From Vicugna vicugna (Eukaryota): a stretch of 64,000 bases of DNA. Every line of letters begins with the position of its first letter. Position 1 is the stretch's first letter. The notes under the pieces are model-generated. The model was not told where the DNA came from. It made no database searches and saw only the letters and a list, made by a program, of their open reading frames with translations. Below are positions 13,860 through 30,355 of the stretch, in pieces. The translations under genes were made by a program, and so were the position numbers. The DNA is taken from the NCBI GenBank assembly GCA_013265495.1, contig MU058781.1:1654963-1718962 (forward strand), read 5' to 3'.

Positions 13860-15082
13860 AATAATCGAGTTGTTGAGGCCCATAGATCCCATCATGCCAC
13901 GGAAACAGCTTTGGTCATGGTCACCAATAGCTGCCACGTTGCCAGATCCATTGGATACTTTTCTGACCTAATTTTAACTTTTCAGCAGCGTTCAGTGCCG
14001 TTGATTTCCCTCCCCCTCTTGAAAGAGTTCTGTGACCTCCTTCTTTATCCTGGCGCAACTCCAGGCTGGTAGCCAGTGGCTACCATATTGAACAGCACAA
14101 CTCCAGCTCATCTTGCCCGGTGAGCTATTCTTGGCTTTAAAAAACAACTTTATGCTTATGATTTCCTGGGTTTTATCTCTAGCTCAGATCTCTCCACAGA
14201 GGTCCAGCATTATATCCATCTGGTAACTTGGATGACTCACAAGCAGTAAGTGATCAAAACTTGTTCTTCTACCAGCTGCCGCTGCTTTAGATCATGGCAC
14301 GAGCAGCCATTCAGTTTGTTGAAGCCTGAGAACCTGAGCATTGTTCTTGTTTTTTTCCCTCTTCCTTTCTGTCCCACGTCCACTGATTCTACCCACAAGA
14401 TGCATTTTTGAATCTGTCTACTTCCTTCCATCTCCGTTGCTACCATTTAATTCAAACCATCACCATTTCTTGCCTGGACTATTTGTAATAGTCTCCCTGT
14501 TTCAACGCATTAACTACACAGCATGAGACTGACTGATCTTCTCAAAATGTGAGTTACTTCGTGCCCCTTTTCTGCTTAAAATTCTTCAGTGGTTTGCTGT
14601 GGCTGTTGAAATAAACTCTAACTTCCTGGTCTTGGACGTCAACACCCTGGAACCTGCTTGCCATTTTAACCCATTTTACACTGTGTTTCCTCTTGCTCCT
14701 ATGCACCGGTCCTTCTGCTGCCTCAGGGCCTTTGCACTCTCTGTTCCTCTACCTGCAATCTCCTCCCTGGCTGTTCATCTTACTAGCCTTTTCACATCCT
14801 TCAGTTCTTAACTCTCAGTACTGCCAGGAGGTCTTCCCTAACCACTTCATCCAGACAGGTTCACTTCCATCTCCTTATCCTCCATCTCAATGCCCGTTTT
14901 CTCCTTTATGGCTTGTCCCATCTGTAAGTGCAGTATTTGCTTACATCTTATCATCCGTGTAGCCCAGCAGCCTGTGAGCTCCAAGGGGCAGAGACTTCTA
15001 GTTAACTCACCTCTGCGTATCCAATACTAGCACATCACTGATTCATAGTGGAGCTCAATAATTATTCATTGAATGAATGAAG
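13860..15082 (+). mobile_element. L2 LINE fragments
   Basis: L2 motifs (ctcagggcctttgcac, gagctcaataattattcattgaatgaatga tail). Confidence 0.7.
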
Positions 15083-15369
15083 GAAGGAGCTCACGATTTG
15101 ACTTATAGGCAGGGTATTTTATCTAGTTTTGTGGCTTTCAAAATCCAAGCTTTAATTTGTACTTAAAGTAGCAACAAATAGAAGTTGGCTTCTTCCAACT
15201 TCTCCCCTTTGTCCTTAAATGAAAATGATGACATGTAGAAGAGAGATGAGAGAGATTAATTTCACCGAGAATACTGTCTTTCATTCAAGCCTCCACAAGA
15301 TCATATTGCTTTCAGCTTCCTGGGAAAGAATTTACTAAAGAGGTTTCCAGTACTATTCTGACAAACTAG

Positions 15370-15527
15370 ACATTGGTTGCACTTTGGAATCACCGGGGAA
15401 GCTTTAAAATATTCTGATGGCTCACGCCTGGAGATTCTTATTTCATTGTTCTGGGGCTCATCCTTAATACTAGGGTGTTTAAAGCTCCCCAGGTGATTCT
15501 CACATGTAGAGGGATGTTGTGAACCAT
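15370..15527. mobile_element. MER5-like hAT MITE (further copies at about 33045-33170, 35978-36150 and 55743-55925)
   Basis: ggaatcaccggggaagcttt...aagctccccaggtgattct palindromic arms. Confidence 0.75.
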
Positions 15528-16565
15528 AGAAGGGTGGAGGCAGTGAGAGTCCATTTTTCAATCATTTTTTTTCCTATGAATTCTATTTGCAATGGTTTTC
15601 TTAGTGCAACATCTTGCAGATACTTAGTTGATACTATTGTACAAGAGCCTAAATTATGAAAAGAATTCCGTTAGCTTTTCTGACAGATGTTCTGTTGAAA
15701 CTATTTGTCAGAGGTTAGGTCTAATATTCTGAGGTTCTTCCAGGTAAGTGTACCCAGTCTGCTTCAAGACTATGCGCTGTTCGTGAAGAGGAAAGAATGG
15801 TTAGCAAGTGAATAGCTTCTGTTTCTGTCCAGTCCCCGTGCCACTTGTTACATCTGATTGGGAACAGCTGATCACAGGTGTCAGCTCTCAGCCTGGCCTC
15901 CCCTCCGGTGCATTATCCTCTGCTCTCAACCGCTGATGTCGTCATGGTTCTGGTTGAAGGCTTGGACTCACCTCAGTTCATGAGCTAATCGGAATGAAGT
16001 ATGTCAGGAGCTTTGGCTGCTCTAATTTATACTTGGCCACATTTCAAAGCTTTCAGTTAGTAATCCAAGAGTTATTATTCATAACCTGTGGTCATCATTA
16101 ATATTTCATATTGATACTATAAAGCCAAACCCTTGTAAGTTTCCTACTGCCATTCATTTTCCACAAAATTCTTTTGCTCCCTAGTAGATCAGTTTTTCAG
16201 AGCAATAGATAAGACCCAGAGTCTAAAGCTCCCTGTGCCTTCTTCAGTTGACTCAGTTTGCAAGAACTCACCCTGCCCTGTGACCTGGCTCCTTGGAGGA
16301 GGGCACAGCTAGGGGCCCCAGCCAACACTTGAGGTAAGTTCTGTCTTCACCCCCTCTCCTGGGATCAGCTCCCACAGCCTGGCTCCTGAGTGTTGCCCAC
16401 TGTCTGGACTCCTCAGCACTGTGGTAAAACCTACAGATGTCCGAAGTCACAGCTGGTCTTGGTTGCCCCGTTGGCTCCTGCTTTATACAACCTCATTGTC
16501 ACCATTTACCATTTCCAGCGTGTCACATCTCTTCTGTCCCCTGACCCCTTGCTCTAGGGAAGTGT

Positions 16566-17099
16566 TTTTATGGAGTCCAAGCTCATACTGCTCACCACAT
16601 GACAGGCCAACATAGAGAGAGGGGAGGTGTTGGGGGCAGGGAATAACGATTTTATTTGCAAAGCCACCAGACCAGTGAACTAGTGTCCTAAAGAATCTTA
16701 CTCAAGTTAGAATTCAGGCTTCTTTTATACTGAAAGTGGTGGGGGTGTGGCTGGTTGTTGTGAACTTCTTGGTGCCCGCCAGACCCTGCGGGTGGTGTGA
16801 TAATCCTTGGTTCTTGCAGCTTGTCCAGGTAGATCTGGTCAGGATGTTCCTATAAAGACAAATGTTATTCTTGTTCTGCAACTTTTTATCTCTATGTGAA
16901 TGAAAAGTGTTATATCTTTAAAGGTCAAGCCTCGGAGGCAGAGCCTTGAGAATGGGCTGTCATGTATGTTTCAGGCTCTGGGCAACATTTTTTTACAACG
17001 GTGCAGAGCCAGTGAGATGAAACACAGGCAGCAGAGCACAAAGGTTAGAGCTAAAGGAATAGATCCAATATGGAGTCAGGTTTGTTCTTCTCTGTTACG
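16566..17099 (-). mobile_element. ERV1-type solo LTR, copy 3, TSD GTGT
   Basis: GTGT at 16562-16565 and 17100-17103; homologous to copies 1 and 2. Confidence 0.85.
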
Positions 17100-17523
17100 G
17101 TGTATCTCATTACTCAGTGATTCTCAACCATTTTGATGATTTTTGGCATTTCCTTGTAACATCTGTACTATTATTTGCTTAATATTTTTCCTTACATTAC
17201 CTTGCCTTAAAACAAATACAAAATTGTTTGCTTTATTTTGGCAAAAATATCCTGAAGTCATAGGTTTGGTATGTTATTTGTATCTTTCCTTATTACACAT
17301 TAAAATAAATCCATAACTATCAACATACAGTATTTGTGGACTATCTAGAATCATCTTGTAACCCAGAGCACCCTTGTACCACCTTTTGGGAAATGCTTAC
17401 CTCAGGGCTTTGCCCCAAGTCTGTTCACTCCCATCCCTGCCCTTTCTACTCATCCTGCAGGAATTCCTTGGGTCCAATGTTGGGACATAAATACTTAGAA
17501 GTAATAAAACTCACTACTCCGAG

Positions 17524-17976
17524 TATTACCAACCCAAACTTGGGTCTGCCTGCCTGTGCAGTAAAGTTATCTACTGACACTGGGTTGTGGTGAAGGAAAG
17601 TGTAGCATTTATTGCAGGATGCCAAGCAAGGAGTCCAGGTAGCTAGTGCTCAAAACACCTCAACTCCCCAGTGGGTTTCAGGAAAGCATCCTTAAAGCAT
17701 CCTTGTACAGTTCTCTGATTGGTTGATGGCCAGGTAACAGGGATGTGTCACAGGAGTTAATAGTATCAATCCTTAGGTGCCAGTCAGCCTGGGCACTACG
17801 GCTCATGGTCATCAAGTAGTTGATGTCTTCCATTTGGTGGGGGATTTAGCATCTGAAACAACCCAGGAAATGTGCATCAGATACTGTTATCTGGGCGCTT
17901 CAGAGAGGAGCTACAGCAGAGGATATGGGGGAGGGGTCTGTGCTGGGAAGTCCCCACAGGGTCCTGCTCGGTTTCA
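17524..17976 (-). mobile_element. Solo LTR of a second ERV1-type family, TSD CGAG/CAAG
   Basis: LTR-like ends (TATTACC...GTTTCA), minus-strand AATAAA, 4-bp TSD with one CpG-type change. Confidence 0.7.
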
Positions 17977-18824
17977 CAAGTACAATACGGGCTCTGCCAA
18001 GTACACCACTTGTTCAGTACGGATGGGATTTCACTGATGAATAATAACTATAATCAAAGCTAATACAATGCGGTGGTTAAAACCATGGACTCTGGAAATG
18101 ACCTGAATTCATATCCCGGCTCTGCCACTTACTGTGTAAATCACTTCACCTCTCTCAGGTAGCCCAGAGGACTGCCCCGAAGATGAAATAAATTAATACG
18201 TGTTCAGGGCCTAGAACAGTGTCCGGCTCACATAACTGCTATGTAAATGTTAGGTACGGTTAGAAGCTGTGAGTTTTGGCAGTGAAAGTCAAAAGAAAAA
18301 AATTGTCCATGAGTGTACTTGAGATCTTTTCCTTTGAGAAAAAGTTGGCTAGGGAATAGAAATGCTCTGATATTTATTGACTCTTGTGGCCAGTCCTGCA
18401 TGTACTTACTACATCAGGGTATTAGGGCTGTATGAACCAGGTGAGCAATATGTACCCCTCAATGATTTAAAATGGCATCTGACCTACTGCAATTTAGTTG
18501 TACAAATCAGGTATTCTAGGCGAATTTGAGGACAATCCTCCCCTTCCATCCATCCTCAAAAATTTATTTTTGTAGTTTTTATTTGAAAACCTAATATTTT
18601 CACTAAGTTTTGGGAAGTGTGCATGCATGTGCACACATGTACACTGTTTTGAAGAGGCTTTCTTTTATAGCAGTTTTTTTCCTAAAATAAAGTACAGAAC
18701 ATAAATACACTAATATGTTTATTCTATTATAACAAGTTTCCCAAGTTATAATATGAACAATATTTTTTCCTATTTTTTTGAAATGACACAGGCATCAGCT
18801 ACATTACCTAAAAATGTCTTTATT

Positions 18825-19342
18825 TTTTTAAAGCTTTTTTTATTGAGTTATAATCACTTTACAACATTGTGTCAAATTCCAGTGTAGAGCACAATTTTTC
18901 AGTTATACATGAACATATATATATTCATTGTCACATTTTTTTCTCTGTGAGCTACCATAAGATCTTGCATATATTTCCCTGTGCTATACAGTATAATCTT
19001 GTTTATCTATTCTACATTTTGAAATCCCAGTCTGTCCCTTCCCACCCCCCCACCCCCTTGGCAACCACAAGTTTGTACTCTATGTCTATGAATCTATTTC
19101 TGTTTTGTATTTACGTTTTTTTTTTGATTCCACATATGAGCGATCTCATATTGTATTTTTCTTTCTCTTTCTGGCTTACTTAGAATGACATTCTCCAGGA
19201 ACATGTTGCTGCAAATGGCGTTATGTTGTCAGTTTTTATGGCTGAATAGTATTCCATTATATAAATACACCACATCTTTTTTATCCAGTCATCTGTTGAT
19301 GGACATTTAGGCTGTTTTCATGTCTTGGCTATTGTAAATAGT
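18825..19342 (-). mobile_element. Young 5'-truncated L1 with 14-bp TSD AAAATGTCTTTATT
   Basis: TSD at 18811-18824 and 19343-19356; T-rich tail at the left end; highly similar to 39267-39764. Confidence 0.92.
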
Positions 19343-19350
19343 AAAATGTC

Positions 19351-19356
19351 TTTATT
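19351..19356 (-). terminator. GCM2: Probable GCM2 polyadenylation signal AATAAA (second copy at 18819-18824 created by an L1 TSD)
   Basis: AATAAA on the minus strand about 820 nt past the stop codon, the first one I found in the 3' UTR. Confidence 0.6.
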
Positions 19357-20016
19357 ATGTTTAATTGAACATAATCAATTACATTTATGAGGCGTAACAA
19401 AGGAACAGTAAAGCTATATTTGAGTAAAACATCTCAGTTCTAATTTTGAAACCATTAAATACACATCATCATTCTTAGGCTGTCTCTGTTAGGAAAGCAT
19501 TCAACAATAAAAGAAAAGTTATTCAGCTGATAGTGGAAAACAAAATTATCTTAAAAACAACTGCGCCTGATCATTGCAACACTGTAGATCTCTTAAAAAG
19601 CTACAGATACATACCGTGGAGATAAAATGACCAAATTACTTCCTGAAGTTATTTTAACAGGTTCTAAATGCTAAATAAGTCTTATAAAATGATTCACGAG
19701 ATAAGATTTCTTCCCCAAGCTATTTTGACAACCCCTAAGGGCCAAATAAAGATTTGTGAAATTCCCTACTGTGATTCAGTGGGGAAAAGCTTAGGGTGAG
19801 AAGCAGGGTTCGTAACTTCTTCTCCAGCTAGCAAACTAGGTGAGCTCAGCTCGTTAATGTTCATGGTCTCCAGTCTGCTTATTTGTTCATCTGGGACAGT
19901 CACAGTCCAGACCTAGTTCTATGTACTATAGAGGGTTTCAAAATGCTGTGAAAAATTTCCCTACACTAGCTAAACATTTTCCCAACCTATAATTTACTCA
20001 ACTGATCATTGGTTTT

Positions 20017-20071
20017 GTATATATATATATATATACAAATTTATATATATATATTTTTATAATATATATAT
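20017..20071. repeat. Interrupted (TA)n tract in the GCM2 3' UTR
   Basis: Directly visible. Confidence 0.9.
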
Positions 20072-20174
20072 TTCTTTGCATGCTAAATGCATCTCCCAAC
20101 TTAAGGGCTAGTTTGCAGGTCACGTTCCACCGCCCACTTGGAGACCAACATTACAATGTGCCCAGGACTGTTGT

Positions 20175-25960
<5,786 letters not shown>

Positions 25961-26219
25961 CTGGCCCTTCTTGCTAGCGCTCTTTGCCAAGGGTTCTGAA
26001 AGACGGAAGAAAAACAAACTAGAGGTGCGCAAGGTGATTTTTCCCCTGTTTTAAAGAAGGGGGAGACAGAGGCAGAGGGAAAGAAGGAAGGAAGGAGGGA
26101 GGGAGGGGGAATGAGAGAGAGAGAGATTCAGAAATCCAGAAGCAGCGGACAAGGGTGGTTAAGTACTCGGGCGGAGCTCTGTTCTTGGACGCGATGCTGT
26201 AAAGTCTCCACTCGGAGCG

Positions 26220-26300
26220 CAGCGCCAGCGCCCACCAGCTGCCCGCAGGTTTATAAAGATGCAACCCACTCCCCACCCAACTCCTGCTCCGCCTTTCCTC
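26220..26300 (-). promoter_or_regulatory. GCM2: GCM2 core promoter: TATA box (TTTATAAA 26250-26257) with upstream GT/GC boxes
   Basis: TATAAA about 290 nt upstream of the ATG; CCCCACCC and CTCCGCC lie just upstream; inside CpG-rich sequence. Confidence 0.6.
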
Positions 26301-29300
26301 GCTCGCCCGCCAGCATCCACGTTTCAGGCACCAGCAAGGCCCGTCACCTCCTCCCGGGCAGAACTAGGAACAGAGGGGTAGGTTGACCTCAGCCCTTGGG
26401 GTAACGGGAAACTAAAGTCAAGACCGGCCAGGGCGGGGAGAAGTTAATGCCACTCTCTTTTTTTTTTTCCCTCACCGCGCCCCGCCTCTGGGGTTTCGGA
26501 TTGGATCTAAGGGAGGCTTTTGAGACAGCCTTTCCAGCCAACCCCTCTAAGAGCCAATCCTCAGTTCCCAGGCAACTGGGGAACCACCTGTAAGAACGTG
26601 GGCTACGGCGCGCCCCCGTCTGGGTAGGCGCGTCCACGCCAGCTAGTTCTGGGGCCGGCCCTCTTTGGGCCTCTACTCCTGGGCTTTCGTTGTAGCTGTT
26701 GTGCGTGTTTGGGAGTCTGTGCTCATTTGGGGGCGGAGGAGAGGAAGGCCATCCGAGGGAGTGCCAAAGGTCCCCGTGTCCTCGTTGGCCTAGGAGCACA
26801 CGTGCGCCCAGGGACTGCGAAGGGACCTGGCCCAATGGGAAGAAAGTCCTGGAAAGTGAACCCGGAGAAGGTGCGGGAGATGAGCTTGGGGAAGGGGGTG
26901 GGGGGGAGGTGAGCTCTGCGGCCCCAACCTCCCGAAAAAACTCTTAGCCTGTTCCCTAAACTTTTTGAAAGAGGGTTTGGGGCTTGGTGAGTTTTCAGCC
27001 TCCATTCACCTGAAAGGACCCTTAAAAAAACGTCTCTATTGGTATCGTCGTGGAAATTCCACGACAAAACCGTATTTACACCCATTCCATCTACAGAAGC
27101 TTTTCGGAGACTGCAGGGACCAGGCGAAAGCGTAGGTCGCTGTGGGCTCCACAGGGCTGAGACGAAGCCTTCTTCGCCTGTGCATCACTTCATTAGGGTG
27201 ATTAGAAGCGCCCAATAAAAGAAACAGATTGAAGTGACTTAACTCGCTCTTTGGCCTCCCTGGGCGGCGAGGAAAGGTGGGTTTCCGGAGTTTATTCCCT
27301 GAGCCTTTGTTCTGCGGGCGGCACGCTCCGGTTCCCAGCCATAACCAGAGAAAAGCTGGCCTCTAAAAGCGGGTCAATGTTACGGGATGCTCGGGAACCT
27401 ACATCCCGCTAAATCCCGAGACTCGCGCGACCTAGACCTCGGCATCGCTGAGCGCGCACTGGGCGCGCGGACTGATGCAGCGTGGGACCCGGCCCGGATG
27501 GGGCCCAGGCCACTCCTGCAGGATTACAACCTTTTCGTTTGGCAAAAGGCAGGAAAAGCAAATGCGCTCCTGTAACTTCAGGAAGCGACCGTCTTCCAGC
27601 TCCTGGTCCTCTTACTTCCCAGGTCAAGGGCACAATCGGGTTTGTTAGAAAAGTCAATCCAACAGTGAAGTGCAATTCAGAGCCGCTAGCCGTTGGCAGC
27701 AGACCGGCAGAGACGGGGAAAAACCGGTCTTGGGCAGTTCCACGAATTTTCTTTTCTCTAGTTTCAAGCGGGGATTCTCCCCTCGAGGCACAGGCGCAAA
27801 GTCCTCAAACGAGAAAATGACTAGTTCGTCCCCTAACCTCCCCTCACCCCCAGAATTCTGCTTGGTCGTGTCGGTCCGCGTTCCAGATTAAAATCACTCT
27901 CACAGGAGATCTGGGAGGAAAATGCGTTCACTCTTCAGCTATTGCTTTCATCCACAGACTTTCATCATATTGACCGACCACCGAAGGTCTCGGCAACTCC
28001 TGTCATTCGGTTGCTTTTTTGAGTTTTTTGTTTTTCAAACGTTAAAATTATTGATACTGCTTTTCTTTCTTCCTTTTTTTTTACAAATCGTTGTGAAGTT
28101 TAAGATAATATACTGTTCAAAGTGTTTTTAACATAACTTCAAAAATAATTTAAAACCACCTCTAAGAATGCATAGAAACTAAGTTTTGGTCTCACTGTAA
28201 TCATTTGTTAGACTATTTCTCACCTCTGTAATTTTGGTGTGTTCCTAGAGTCCTTACCCTTCAAAAATATAAATAAGTACATTTTTTAAAGTTAAAGCCA
28301 AATCAATTAATCAAATACTTGTTTTCCTAAATGAATTCTAGTGTCCAAAGAAATATCGTAGAGTCTCCACCATATTTAGTTTGAGCAGAATTAGAATATA
28401 TATTCCAAGTTGCCCTAAAATTATGTCCGGGTAAAACATGTTAGTAAAAGAAGCTAATCAAAGTGAAAATATAACAAAATAAATAAATGGTGTTGTTGTC
28501 TGTGATGTTATCTTTAATTTCTCCTGAGTTTTCGGGAGTGTTAACAGACAAATCGTTTGAAAGGACATGTTTTCCCCCCAAAGTCTGAAAATAATCGATT
28601 AAACTTTTAAACTAATATTAAGAGAACTTTCATCTCATTATATATTCCATTCTATTCTTATTATACTACCTATTTTATTCTCTAAAATAAAATGCATTTA
28701 AACTATATTTGATTATTATGTTGCTGTCCTGCAGTTTTTCCTGCGCTAATATTTGCATTGACTCAGAACACTTTATTCACAGCTGCTGTTCCTCGATTAC
28801 TATGTTGAAATTGTAAAAGTCTATTAATTCAAAAGCAAAGTAAGAGGGTTTTGAATTTGCTTGGTTTAGATTAAAATAGGTCAATTAATGTAAGTATATT
28901 TACATCGTATTTGCCAGGAAATGGATATGGTGAGCTTTAATGTAAGTACCATTTGAAAGGGCTGGAGGCACATGCAGAGTCCTGGGCTGACTTGCAGAGA
29001 TTCTGGCTATATTATGTTTTGTTTTGTTGCAAACAAATATCTCCTGTAAATCAAATATCTTCATGACACAAAATACCCATAGTATCTACTCATAGTACAA
29101 GTTGACTTTTACAAGGAATGTTTGGATTTGAGGGGTCTTTTTGTTTGAGTGTTTTTTCAAGAAAACTCCAGTCCACTTTATTTTTGCTACTGTATTCACC
29201 TAACAGACCTCTTGTCGGCCTAAACCTGGCCACTGGTACGCATTCTTGTAAGGGTAAAGGAAGTGGGCAGAAAACAAGCAAATTGGATGAAAATATTTAT

Positions 29301-29589
29301 TTTTATTTTATTTTGACAGAGTACAGCAAGGTATATTTTTAAAACCCTTCTTTTGTGTTATCAGGAATAAAATGAACAATTTCAGGTACAAGTCTGCTTC
29401 CTTTGGGGAAATCGGAGTTTCAGTCTGTATCAATATCAATGGATCAAAACCAGCTCTACCAGCTGTTAAAGGCGGAGAGAAAACTGCCCGCTTTTGCAAA
29501 GGGGACACCTGTCAGTTTCGAATTTTGCAGATAAAGAAGGTTTAAACGACGTGTTCACTTCTTTTGTGTAATCGCTTTCTCTTAAGATG

Positions 29590-30355
29590 TGGGCGTGCGC
29601 CCAGGTGGCCCGACCTTGATTGCTAGTTAACTCGCCAGTGTTTCTTGCTCCGCAAACAACAGGACTTTCAGGGGCGGGTGTGTTCATTAGAGTTCCGGGG
29701 AAGCTGGGAATCCCGGAGCCGCGAGCTGCCCGGGCCCACGCCGCAGCCCCTCCCCGCCCGCCCGGCCTCGGGCGGCGGAACCGCAGGAGGCAGAGCGCCG
29801 TGCAGCCGCAGAGCGCGCCCCGGTCCGGGTGCGCGGCGTCCGGCCGGGAGCCTCGGGATGCGGGAGGTGAGTGAGCTCCGGAGGCCCCGGGCACCCGTCG
29901 AACCCCGCCTTCTCTCCGCGGTTCTAGGGGTCCCGGGGGCCCGCGTCCATCGCTCTCTGGGCTCAGAGCCTCGCGTGCTCGCGCAGAGACCCGGCGCCCC
30001 CTACAATCCCAGGCCGCCGAGGCAAGAGCGCTTCGGGGACCCTTGGGAGCTTCAGCCCCCTTCGGTTTGCTTGGAGTTCAGGCAGCTCTCAGTGAGACAG
30101 CGAGGCAGGACAGAAACCTCCGGTCCTTGCAAATAAAGCGTTCGGGAAGGCGGAACTGGAAAGTTAATGTTTGGAGGGCGATGAGGTGGTTCTTTTCAAG
30201 TTGCTTGGGATGTTTTCCCAGCCCGGTTTCGTGCAGTGAAGTTGCACTTGGACCCCAGATCTACGGCCCCAAATGCTGCGACTTCTGTTTGCCGCTCGGC
30301 ACCTGCTAATCCCCAAGACGCCCGCCGCGCCGGGGTCGGGGTTGGGGTCGGGGGT
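29590..30355 (+). promoter_or_regulatory. SYCP2L: CpG island promoter and first exon of SYCP2L
   Basis: Very GC/CpG-rich, with GC boxes (CCCCGCCC); contains ATGCGGGAG|gtgagt. Confidence 0.85.
29858..29866 (+). CDS. SYCP2L: SYCP2L exon 1 coding part (MRE)
   Basis: gggATGCGGGAG|gtgagt in the CpG island; phase 0 fits exon 2. Confidence 0.8.
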
